A stretch of 64,000 bases of DNA from Octopus vulgaris (taxonomy: Eukaryota). The position numbers and the translations under genes are program-made. The notes under the pieces are model-generated. The model was given only the letters and a program-made list of their open reading frames with translations, was not told where the DNA came from and did not search any database. The stretch lies in the NCBI GenBank assembly GCA_951406725.2, contig OX597815.1, positions 75,330,001-75,394,000 of the forward strand. The letters are read 5' to 3'. Positions within the stretch are counted from its first letter, which is position 1, and every line of letters begins with the position of its first letter. Shown here piece after piece: positions 28,939-40,715 of this stretch.

Positions 28939-30337
28939 TGTATGTATGTATTACACGTGTACAATTGAGAGAAAAGAGAAAAAATAGATAGATAGATATT
29001 TTTTCTTTTTTTTATGACTATATTTATAGACGTGTGTCCAGCATAACAAAATAAAAATAAAAAATAGAAAAAGGTTCTATGAATCTACAATACGGAAATA
29101 TAAAGCTTTTTATATGTATATGTGCGTTTGTGTTATATTGAATCAATCACAAGGTTATAATGTTCAATCATTTCCGACCAAATTATTGACTTTATATCTA
29201 TTGGTTGAGCAAGACATCACGGAACTTGTCTGGTTGACAACCTAGTGACAGCCTACTTATATTTACCTAACACTTGTTGCATGGCAACACGAATATAAAG
29301 TTATGGATCTATCATTTAGATCGATTCTCATCTGCTTTTGTAATTTTTATATTATTTTATTTTATTATCGATTTCTTTCTATAGGCAAATACCTCTCAGA
29401 TTTATAGATAATAGGGAGAGAATATTGGCGACGTTTATGTTTTCTCCGAGGTCATTTATAACAAAATGGTGGCCACAGAATTCAATTAACTATAAAAATC
29501 GGAGTCGTGAACTCGATGGGTTCAATACTGTTGCATCTATTGTGATTTCTTAACCCCAGGTCAGACCTTAACAAATAGATCTATGACATTTATTGTAGTC
29601 GAGCTAATGGGTAGAGTACGTTTCGCAGAACAATTTCGTTAGATTTATTATGTCCCTGCCAACTACAGAACCATGTTGTTCACTTCTGCAAGAAGGGGTT
29701 TAATTTAAGGGCTGACGTGTGGCAATCTGTGAATGTCACTTCCTATACCCCCACCCATTTTCCAGATTACTTTAGTATACTTATTGCTTAGACTCCCAAG
29801 TCTGTGATCAAAGGCATTCCAGCCGTGACCATCCTGTGATTTTTTAAAGGTATAATCTACTACGAACTGTGTTATCCAACATATCTTTTGTTACTTAAGA
29901 GGGCATGATGTCATTTGAAAAAAGATATGGCTACTTTGTTTGTAGCAGGTCAAGACATCACGTAGAATCTTCTTCGTTTGTCTCGTTTGTCTCGTTTGTA
30001 TGCTTGTGGGAGCTGATGATGGCCCCGTGAGCGGCAGACGAGATGAACACGATTGGAAATCGACTGTCGCTATTTTCCTGCCCTTATTGGCGAACATAAG
30101 CAAGCATAGCAATTAGGTCCAAAGAAATTATTAATGTTATTTATTTGGTTGGATATACAACGAGTAGAGTTAGCAACTAAATTTCAACAAACTGCTCCTT
30201 ATCGTTTTAAAGGAATTAGTAAAATATCGAGGGGTAAAAATTTAATTCATAACCCAAAAATGAAAAATAATAATAAATAAAATGATAAGTACAGGTATTT
30301 TGACCTTGGAAGATTGAAAAAAAATTACCGGTTAAAC

Positions 30338-30368
<31 letters not shown>

Positions 30369-30570
30369 GCAATAATAATTCTCTAAAAGGGATATAGACA
30401 GTAACTGCTCGATAACATAAGGGACTAAAGCCATCTGAATATGGCTAGGGACAGGGCAGGGTGGTGGGGGTGTTACTGTTGCATTTAGCCCCAGGCGAAC
30501 ATCGACGTCACCAGAAAGGCTCGACACCGTCACGGTGCCCTTAACCTGCAAAGGGAGGTAATTCCCCGAT

Positions 30571-30644
30571 GAAGCGGAAACCACACACGGACCATGGTTT
30601 CAAGGTGTATTGCCTATCATCGGCGTGTGGTAGGCCTCCGCTTC
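30571..30644 (-). ncRNA. Type I hammerhead ribozyme, array copy 1
   Basis: Reverse complement of 31175-31248. Confidence 0.75.
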
Positions 30645-30930
30645 CTCGACGAATTCTCTCTCTGCAGGATTTTCTTATATAGATTTTCAAGCAAAATACA
30701 TTTGCTGATTTCGAAAATCTGTTCGAAAGCAATAATAATTCTCTAAAAGGGATATAGACAGTAACTGCTCGATAACATAAGGGACTAAAGCCATCTGAAT
30801 ATGGCTAGGGACAGGGCAGGGTGGTGGGGGTGTTACTGTTGCATTTAGCCCCAGGCGAACATCGACGTCACCAGAAAGGCTCGACACCGTCACGGTGCCC
30901 TTAACCTGCAAAGGGAGGTAATTCCCCGAT

Positions 30931-31004
30931 GAAGCGGAAACCACACACGGACCATGGCTTCAAGGTGTATTGCCTATCATCGGCGTGTGGTAGGCCTCCG
31001 CTTC
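30931..31004 (-). ncRNA. Type I hammerhead, array copy 2 (GAAA to GAAG, probably inactive)
   Basis: Plus strand reads ACCATGGCTTCAAGG here versus ACCATGGTTTCAAGG in copy 1. Confidence 0.65.
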
Positions 31005-31174
31005 CTCGACGAATTCTCTCTCTGCAGGATTTTCTTATATAGATTTTCAAGCAGTTACTGTCTATATCCCTTTTAGAGAATTATTATTGCTTTCGAACAG
31101 ATTTTCGAAATCAGCAAATGTATTTTGCTTGAAAATCTATATAAGAAAATCCTGCAGAGAGAGAATTCGTCGAG

Positions 31175-31248
31175 GAAGCGGAGGCCTACCACACGCCGAT
31201 GATAGGCAATACACCTTGAAACCATGGTCCGTGTGTGGTTTCCGCTTC
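31175..31248 (+). ncRNA. Type I hammerhead ribozyme, array copy 3
   Basis: CACACG-CCGAUGA-U-AGG(caauaca)CCU-U-GAA-ACCAUGGU-C|CGUGUG. Predicted cleavage after C31229. Stem I extends via GAAGCGGA/UCCGCUUC. Confidence 0.8.
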
Positions 31249-31534
31249 ATCGGGGAATTACCTCCCTTTGCAGGTTAAGGGCACCGTGACGGTGTCGAGC
31301 CTTTCTGGTGACGTCGATGTTCGCCTGGGGCTAAATGCAACAGTAACACCCCCACCACCCTGCCCTGTCCCTAGCCATATTCAGATGGCTTTAGTCCCTT
31401 ATGTTATCGAGCAGTTACTGTCTATATCCCTTTTAGAGAATTATTATTGCTTTCGAACAGATTTTCGAAATCAGCAAATGTATTTTGCTTGAAAATCTAT
31501 ATAAGAAAATCCTGCAGAGAGAGAATTCGTCGAG

Positions 31535-31608
31535 GAAGCGAAGGCCTACCACACGCCGATGATAGGCAATACACCTTGAAACCATGGTCCGTGTGTGGTT
31601 TCCGCTTC
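31535..31608 (+). ncRNA. Type I hammerhead ribozyme, array copy 4
   Basis: Same as copy 3, +360 nt, with one G>A change in distal stem I. Confidence 0.8.
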
Positions 31609-31894
31609 ATCGGGGAATTACCTCCCTTTGCAGGTTAAGGGCACCGTGACGGTGTCGAGCCTTTCTGGTGACGTCGATGTTCGCCTGGGGCTAAATGCAA
31701 CAGTAACACCCCCACCACCCTGCCCTGTCCCTAGCCATATTCAGATGGCTTTAGTCCCTTATGTTATCGAGCAGTTACTGTCTATATCCCTTTTAGAGAA
31801 TTATTATTGCTTTCGAACAGATTTTCGAAATCAGCAAATGTATTTTGCTTGAAAATCTATATAAGAAAATCCTGCAGAGAGAGAATTCGTCGAG

Positions 31895-31968
31895 GAAGCG
31901 GAGGCCTACCACACGCCGATGATAGGCAATACACCTTGAAACCATGGTCCGTGTGTGGTTTCCGCTTC
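31895..31968 (+). ncRNA. Type I hammerhead ribozyme, array copy 5
   Basis: Same as copy 3, +720 nt. Confidence 0.8.
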
Positions 31969-32122
31969 ATCGGGGAATTACCTCCTTTGCAGGTTAAGGG
32001 CACCGTGACGGTGTCGAGCCTTTCTGGTGACGTCGATGTTCGCCTGGGGCTAAATGCAACAGTAACACCCCCACCACCCTGCCCTGTCCCTAGCCATATT
32101 CAGATGGCTTTAGTCCCTTATG

Positions 32123-32176
<54 letters not shown>

Positions 32177-33684
32177 GTATATAGGTATATATATATATAT
32201 ATATATATATTTGTTTTGTGCGTTTGTGTGTGTGTGGCCAGCGCTGTGATAGCTAAGTTATATAAAATGCATTCATGTGGTCACACATGGTACCTCAAGA
32301 TGAGTGTTGGTGTTTTAACACTTGTTGCCTAAAGCTAGAAATTTACTTCTTCGGCAAATCGCAGTGAAAATGGCCTTTTTGTGAGCTGAATATATTCCAG
32401 ATATATTTGAACTGATCTAAAACTCTGCTTTCATATACCTATCACACACGAGCGCTTGTGCAGGCGCACGATATATATATTCATTTATTCATTGCATGTT
32501 TCTGTCATTGGACTGCGGCCATACTGGGGTACTCTCTTTGCAGGATTTCTAGAAGAATTCGACTTAGGTACTTACATTTTTTAAAGACTCGTAGTTATTC
32601 TATGGGGCTTTTGGCGAACTACTACGTTACGGGAACGTAAACAAACCAACACCAGATATTTTGCAGTGTAGGAACAAACAAAAAGATGCGCACATACATT
32701 CATATATGTATACAACGGACTTCCACACAGTTCCATCCATCAAATCTTTACCGTCTGAATCCAAATACAGCCGAGGTCAGCTTTGTCTTTCTTCCCTTGG
32801 AATCGATAAAATAAAAGTACTAGTCCAGTAGTGGGTTTGATGTAATTAACTTGTTCATTCTCCTCAAAAATGTTGTGCCTTGGATCCTACAACGGCTCGG
32901 CGTTCTCTTCAGGAGTATGTCGTGTGATATGTCATCGAAACTGGGTAAGTGGCCTTAAGAGTCCTTGGGTTCAAGAAAAAAGAAATAAACACTCTATATC
33001 GGAAGAAAGAAAAGAAAATGAGAAGCTGGGGCCAAACAATATCAACGACAGGAATAACAACGATAATGTCAAACAACAACAACAACAACATAAGCATTAG
33101 AGACTAATCAACATCATGATGTATGTAGATCGTCTCAGTTATATTTCCTGGACAACAACCAAGCAATAAAAAGATTAAGCTGAGTCGTATATCACCTCTG
33201 GTTCGTTTCTGATTAGCTTTCTTAATCAGGGCGACCGGTATTATAATTACAGCGACCACACTCCAGTAATGTTTCATCACTTAGAGTCTTTCATATTGGA
33301 TATATATCTCTAGGTGTGGCAACTTTCGTTTGCTGCATGTCTCGACCTGGTGGGTACTAAAAGATTTTAATAACCCTGGAAATAACATGTCGTAAAAACG
33401 AAATTTCTGAGTGGGCAAGGTAATGGAATAATGCGACTACTGACTCAGTGATCAAGGGATCAAATCCACTGCAGAGAGAGCACTTTATGCAGTATTACCT
33501 CACTTCACCTTAAAGGGTTTAGTAGAAAAATATTGACCTTTCTACTTATTTTGTTTAAAACCTGGTTCAAATTCTATCAGTCTTTTATCAAACTGCTGAA
33601 TTATGGTATCGTAAACAAACCAATACCTGTTGTAAAGCGGTGGTGAGAGATAAGCACAAACTCACAGATACATGCGTGCGCGCG

Positions 33685-33743
<59 letters not shown>

Positions 33744-35578
33744 ACAATAATACTATGTAATAAGATTTTTGTCCTTGAGTAAAAACTGTTAGTTCCTATT
33801 TGCTTACCCATAGAAAGTATGAAAAATGGTTAATGTTTCCTTGAAACTTTGCTTTTACTACATTTATTCAAACCCCAAAGAATCCCTCTCAGCACATGGC
33901 TATGATGCTCCCCCACTACTTCTGCTTATGATCAGAGTGGTACATATTGTCAGCTACTAAGGGAAATACACAACTGGTTAAGGTCAAGCAACTAGCAAGT
34001 AAATATCTGGTATTGAGCAGAATATTTACTATAATGATATTTCTGCTTCAGCAAATCAGTGCTGTATCTGTCTGAAATGTAATGTAAAGAATGTCAGTTT
34101 TAAAACATTGATATCCAGGTCACAAAAGTAAAGTTTGAAGGGAATAGTAGTCATTTCCTTTGATTTCTAGATAGATGCAAACAGAAAATAGCACTTACTG
34201 ACCAAAAGCAAAAGTAAATAAATAAATAAATGATTGCTTGTGTTATATCATATTGTAAAATCGATAAAAAAGATACAGTGAACTTGTCATGAAGCGTAGG
34301 ACGAGATTCTTTCAGTTTTCATCATGCAAATCTTCTCACAAGGCTTTGGTCATCCCGGGGTTATAGTAGAAGACACTAGCCAAACCCACATGGTTTGGAA
34401 GCAAGCTTCTTAACCACATAGCCTCAACTGTGCCTATTGAACAACGATTTGTCAATGTTAACTGTGATAGAATGGAATTTTATCGAAATAGCTTTGTCTC
34501 ATATTTCTTTCAAACTACGAAACTAGATTTATCGAACATTTACATATTTTTCTTTTTAAATATCTCTTAGCAAGAGATTTCCAACAATTTATAAATGATT
34601 CAAGAAAGATATTATGGCGTGATGACTTTTTTTCCAAGCTTTGTACTTGCATATCGCTATTAGCTGTAATACAGTTTGACTGAATTAAACATTATGAAAG
34701 TTTTGCAGATATCGCAGACGTTGTTTTTGCTTCCATTGTTGCCGCACAATAATAAGTACATATATCGCTATTTATATAATGATAGAAGGTTGACAGAAAT
34801 TATTAACTAGAACAGTAACACCGAGGGGTCGCTCAAGATTAAGTATATATAATATGGAGATCGTATATAATGTATCGCATGTGAGTTCTGTATGTACACA
34901 TTCAAGGAAAAAGATGATACCAATATAGCATAAGTGTAATACTGGTTACAATTATTTCTCTACCATTCCGCTTTGAACCAGCCACATTACATATAAATGA
35001 TTATGTATGATAACTTACACAAAACCTGCATAAACTTACTCATAGTTAAATACCCAAGCAAGACACCTCGTCAGACACCAAAATTGCTATTATAAAAGAT
35101 ATAGAAAAAAGGTGCTCAGCGATTAAATGGTCTGTTCTACCAGGACTTTTGAACTGTCTGAACTTTTCAACTCCGTACGTTAATAACTTTGCCATTTTCT
35201 CTCTTTTTCACTCTCTCTCCATTTTTTCTCCTCTTCTTCTTTTCTGTCGAAGAGCGTAGGAGCGAAACGTAAAAGACTTTTCCATTTTTCCCGAATGTCA
35301 AACTAATACACTTGCTTATTGTTCCTACTCCTGTCTTCGTCCTTAGTTTCTTTGTGAATTTGAACGATATATATATATCTATATCTATATATATATATAT
35401 ATTAACAGTGCATATCAAAGCACATAAAGTTATAAGTAATAGCATGAAAATATTCGAAGACTGCCTGTGTGACACGAACCCACATCGTATTTTATTTCAC
35501 CACTTGACATCCGTAGGATGACGGTTGTTTCGCAACATTCATAATGTAATAATAATTCTTATTTTAGTGTATAAGAGA

Positions 35579-36442
35579 CTAGCATTAAAGACCCATCGTT
35601 GCCGGGTCATAGTGCTAGTGAATGTATATATGTGTATATATATGTGTACATATTACATGTACATCTAAATATATACATCTACGCATAAAATGCAAAATAC
35701 AAAGTTATATCTTGATATCGCTAGTGATAACAATACTCAAAATATATAACAGACTGGAATTGTTAGCTCTTCTTTTTTCTCTACATTGTATACCTTATAG
35801 ACAATAGTCTTTTCTTTAATTTAATTTTTTATTATCCATCTGAACTATTTCATTTCTGCACGCTAATTTTATTTTTAATTTAATTCCCATTCATGTGAAA
35901 CCACTTATTCAAGTTCAAATCATTGATGCACTTTTATACCAATTGCTATTTTTACTTATATTATACTTTAGTTTGATTTTAATTATTACTTACTACACAT
36001 AATTCAATTGTTATTATTATTTTTATTGTTAAAGTGAAAACATCTGACATAAAATAGAAAAATATTTTTGTTTCACTTTTAACACGTAATACTGAAATAA
36101 TGGAGAAGATATCATATTGCTATGGGCTCGCTCTAGGCAAGAAGTTGAACATTTTTTTGCCCATGAAACTACATGGACCTTACGTAAGGCATTTGTAAAA
36201 TTTGAATGGAATTGGTTGTGTAGTTCTCAAGTTTTAGGGAATCGTAGTGGAGAAGATATGATATTGCTGTGGGCTCACCCTAGGCAAAAAGTTAAATTTG
36301 TTTTGCCGATGACACTCCCCGGACCCCAAGTAAGGCATATGTAAAATTTGAATGAAATTGGTTGTGGAGTTCTCAAGTTTTAGGGAAACACACAGACAGA
36401 CAGACAGACAGACACACATTCTCAGTTTTATATATATAAGGA
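35579..36442 (-). mobile_element. Non-autonomous Helitron-like element with an internal 147-bp tandem duplication
   Basis: Minus strand A|TCCTTATATATATAAAA..(GTCT)n start. 3' hairpin GACCC..GGGTC then CTAG|T. Repeat units start at 36102 and 36249. Confidence 0.6.
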
Positions 36443-36520
36443 TTATTTTACATGCCTGCTTTTATATGCATGCTATACATTGCATAAGACTCTTGTACAT
36501 TTGTATGTATATGTCTGCGC

Positions 36521-36566
<46 letters not shown>

Positions 36567-36752
36567 GTAAAAACGGTAAGATAACAAAAGAAAGAAAGAG
36601 AGCTCAATATTATGTAAATAGAGGAAATAGAGATGGCCAGATAACCGAAGAGATGGTGTTGTGGATTTTCACTTCGGCATCCGAAAACTCAGAGTTTTAT
36701 CTTGACTATTGAATAATTGTAACATATTAAATATATATATATATGTATATAT

Positions 36753-36890
36753 ATCACAATCAAGGAACGGCCATAATAGGCCATTCACCCACTAGAAATA
36801 ACAGCCAAAGCTTCAACCGCAAGCTGTTGAAGCTTTGGCTGTTATTTCTAGTGGGTGAATGGCCTATTATGGCCGTTCCTTGATTGTGAT
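36753..36890. repeat. Perfect 65-bp-arm palindrome inside (TA)n
   Basis: 36753-36817 is the reverse complement of 36826-36890; 8-nt loop. Confidence 0.9.
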
Positions 36891-37038
36891 GTTGAACTTA
36901 TAAATGGTCTATGACTATTTAATTTTTTCCCACTAGGCCGCTGGTGGCAAAAAAATTCTACAAAATATTTTTGCCACCCTATATTGATTAATTATATATA
37001 TATATATGTATATATAAATATGTATATATATATATATA

Positions 37039-39198
37039 AGCAAGGAAAAATTGTAAAAATGCAGAATGCTCGATTGAAAGAAAATTTTAATGAAATGAGA
37101 AAATGAAAAAATATATAAATATATATTTATTCAAACCGGTTTTCGTCATAGTTTGACTTATCAAGAATAGTTAGGTGGAAAGGTTTTTTAAAAATGAGAA
37201 AGGGGAAAAAAAGTTGCATTGTTTTTTGCAAAAGAATAATAATAAATATGTATAAAAATTAAAAAATAAGTACTCCGATACATTGTGAGTTCGTTGTGTA
37301 TCTTGAGTTTAATGATTGTTCACGAAAAAATTACCTTGAGGTATTAGGATCCAATGGGATTAAGGCCATGTGTTGTTTGGTTTAATTTAGGATGTTGGCA
37401 AAACAGGAAGTAGTAGTAATTGTGGTTCTTCAGTTCCTGTGTTGTGAATAAGGGGAGACAACTCTTTTGAGTTCTTCAATAAAGGCTGCTGATAAACTCC
37501 AAATTATAAAATTGTCATTTTAGCTTCATTTGCATTATCTTTTTTTATATAATTGTTTGTTAATTTAACTTTCAGATTTTAACACTTTATTTATATTATT
37601 TTCTAATTATATAAATTTGCATAGACAATTGCATTTCAGATTGTTATATCATAAATAATAAAGATGATGGTAATAACAACAATAGTAAAAATGATATTTA
37701 AAGAATATAAGTTTTTGCTTGAAGTGATGAATCTATGGTATCCTTATATATTTGTGTGAGTCCATCCATGAAGAATGAGGTAGAAAAGGGAAGTTTGATC
37801 AACGAGGAGTTTGTATATTAAGTTGTGTTTGGAATTTTTCAATAAAGAGATTCTCCTTGTTAATTCTCTCCTGTGTGGTGATGCCGTCTTTACATTGGTA
37901 GAAGGGGAATATATAGAATTTGGGGTTTAAGTCTTTAGCGCATGAGTCTATGTGGCCACTCAGTGGAATTTGTCGGTATTCCGGGAGATTTATTTGTTCT
38001 TTATGCACCGCTACTCGTTTACGTAACGGGAGACTCGTTTGTCCAACATAATTATGTTGGCAACCAGCGCATGTGAGAACGTAGATAAGGTTCTCGGAGG
38101 AACAGGAGAAGTTAGTCTTGATTTTAAACTTCGTACCTTGTTTGAAGGTAAATTCAGAACCTTCAAGTAGGAGGGGGGCAGGTCCCACAGTTTGGGCGTA
38201 CACATTTTTTTACTGCTGGGGGTGGATGTGGTGTGTGAAGTTTGGCATTTGTCAAGAGTTTTTTTAAAGATTTGTGTTGCCTTTTACATTTGAGGATTTT
38301 GTGTGTATTTATAATGTTTTTCATTTTTGGGTCTGTTGACAGTAGAGTGAGGTTTTGTATGATTGTGGTGTATGCTTCGATATTTTTGGGGTTGTGGGTG
38401 GAAATGTATGGAAGTATTTTGAGGTTGTGTGTGGTGTTAGGTTGGGTAGTTTTCAGTGTAATGTTATCTAGTTCTTTGGCGCGTTTTATTCCATACTCTA
38501 TAAGGGTGGAGGGATATTGGCGTTGTAATAGTGTTTTTTGAGGTCTTGAAGGCGTATTTCTCGTGTTTTTGGATCCGAGACAATGGTGCATACCCTTTTA
38601 GCCAAATTGAAAGGGATATTTGTCTTGGTGTATTTTGGGTGGCATGAACTAAAGAGGAGGTATTGTTGTGAGTCTGTGGGTTTGTGGTAGATGTCTGTTA
38701 TGATTTGGTTCTTAGGTGTTTTTATAATTAGGAGATCAAGGAATGGTAGATGATATTTGCTTAATTCCATAGTGAATTGGATGTTGGAATGTATGTTGTT
38801 TAGTATGGTTTTGAATTCCAGGAGTTTTTCATAAGGTTCTTTCCATATGATGAAACAATCATCCAAATACCTTTTCCAGTTTTCCTTTAGGTAGGTGTGG
38901 AAAACATGTCCAAATTTCTGGCGTGATATTTCATAGAGTGATAGTTCGAAGAAACCCATTATGAGGTTCGCAAGGACTGGTGCAGCCTTGGTGCCCATCG
39001 CAATACCACGTTTTTGACGGTAGTGTGTGTCGTCGAAGAGAAAAAAATTGTTGGTCAGAATGAACTTGAGAGATTCTGTAATAAAAGTCTTGTTAATGCG
39101 GTCAGGGAATGTCTCGGGGTGTTTTTCTAACCAGAAGTCAATTGCCCCTATACCATATTCATGTGGGATGTTGGTGTAGAGGTTGATGACATCAAAAG

Positions 39199-39200
<2 letters not shown>
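37039..39200 (-). mobile_element. 5'-truncated Penelope-like element (Neptune-type): RT + Cys linker + GIY-YIG
   Basis: SFDVINLYTNIP, GIAMGTKAAP, RYLDDCF, PFLD, C.RPNCGTC, NLIYVLTC..C..NYVGQT; stop at 37799; two frameshifts; (TA)n at both ends. Confidence 0.93.
37128..37169 (-). ncRNA. Minimal hammerhead in the Penelope 3' region, U3-A8 variant
   Basis: UAUUC-UUGAUAA-GUCA(aacua)UGAC-GAA-AACCGGUU-U|GAAUA. Confidence 0.65.
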
Positions 39201-39251
<51 letters not shown>

Positions 39252-39321
39252 GCACCAGGTGGTGCTATTAAGTTAGACATGGCCTGGGCCAATAATGGCC
39301 GAAACCTATCAAAGTATCAAA

Positions 39322-39360
<39 letters not shown>

Positions 39361-39362
<2 letters not shown>

Positions 39363-39529
39363 CGCAGGAGTGGCTGTATGGTAAGTAGCTTGCTAACCAA
39401 CCACATGGTTCCGAGTTCAGTACCACTGCGTGGCATCTTGGGCAAGTGTCTTCTGCTATAGCCTCGGGCCGACCAAAGCCTTGTGAGTGGATCTGGTACA
39501 CAGGAACTGAAAGAAGCCTGTCGTATATT

Positions 39530-39584
<55 letters not shown>

Positions 39585-39795
39585 ATATGTTTGTGTGTCT
39601 GTGTTTGTCCCTCTAGCACTGCTTGACAACCGATGCTAGTGTGTTTACGTCCCCGTCACTTAGCGGTTCGGCAAAAGAGACGGATAGAATAAGTACTGAA
39701 TTTACAAAGAATAAGTCCCGGGGTCGATTTGCTCGACTAAAGGCGGTGCTCCAGCATGGCCGCAGTCAAATGACTGAAACAAGCAAAAAAGAGTA
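39361..39795 (+). mobile_element. Composite tRNA-derived SINE
   Basis: Same family as 990-1377. Confidence 0.85.
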
Positions 39796-40675
39796 AAAAA
39801 AAAGATATATATATGTTTACACTCAACCTTTTTGTTAGGAACATTATATAATGTTTGGTAAAGTAGAATTTTAAACTTGCAATCATTTATTTTAGTAGAA
39901 ACACATTTATTTTAGCTGTGAACAGAATGTCCGTGACATTCATCGTAAATAGGACTAGAACACCGTTTCTGGTAACACTCCGGTACTCCAAGGGAAATTA
40001 TGTTTTTTTTAACACATTTCTCTTTGAGAAGTTCCTCTGAGACAAAATATTACAGCTAGTGCCTTTTCATGTTCGTATATACATTATCAATGTTATATAC
40101 ACCGGTATTTTAATTTAATATAGTTTCAAGTACATAGATAAATTTCTACACGCAAAGGTTAAGCAAAAAGTCTTTTTTCTATCTGTAACCAGTAAAACAC
40201 ATTATTCCGATTAATTTGAACCTTTATTAAAATCTCAGCTACGCTGTATTGAACTTTCAGCACTACAATAATTCACGGAGAGATACACATACACTGTAGT
40301 ACAAATTAGACAAACCAATTTTGTTTCAGTTGGGTGTGCTTTTAGTATACATAACCATAAACTGGTTTTCTTTATGTAACTAGGAATGAATTCCCTGATG
40401 AACCACACACACACACACACACACATGCTCTGACAATAATTTTGAAGCATGTACACACATGCACCCCCGTATATATATATATTTAGATACATAGCTACTT
40501 GGATAGGTTTCGGCCTGCATTGGACCAAGCCATGTCTAACTTAATAGCATCTCCTGGAAAAGACATTTAAAGATGTTTCATATTAGTCATTTTGGGGGTA
40601 CCATAGCCCATTTGAGTAGAGAGTTATTGTTTGCAGAGATATATCTGGGGGTAGATAGTTTATCTGGAATTCGTT

Positions 40676-40715
<40 letters not shown>

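Larger units (their letters stand above)
30368..32126. mobile_element. 360-bp hammerhead-containing tandem array (candidate non-LTR retrozyme): ~1.9 units on minus, ~3 units on plus
   Basis: Exact 360-nt period, with units differing by only single bases. Inverted junction at AGCA 31050-31053. (TA)n on both sides. No credible ORF. Confidence 0.9.

Noticed and set aside
30368-32126. CRISPR-like or plain satellite interpretation
   Set aside because: There are no unique spacers, and the ribozyme fold, low copy number and inversion fit a retro-derived multimer better.
30216-32184. Repeated 63- and 85-aa ORFs in the 360-bp array
   Set aside because: Non-ATG starts and no recognisable domain; they recur only because the DNA repeats.
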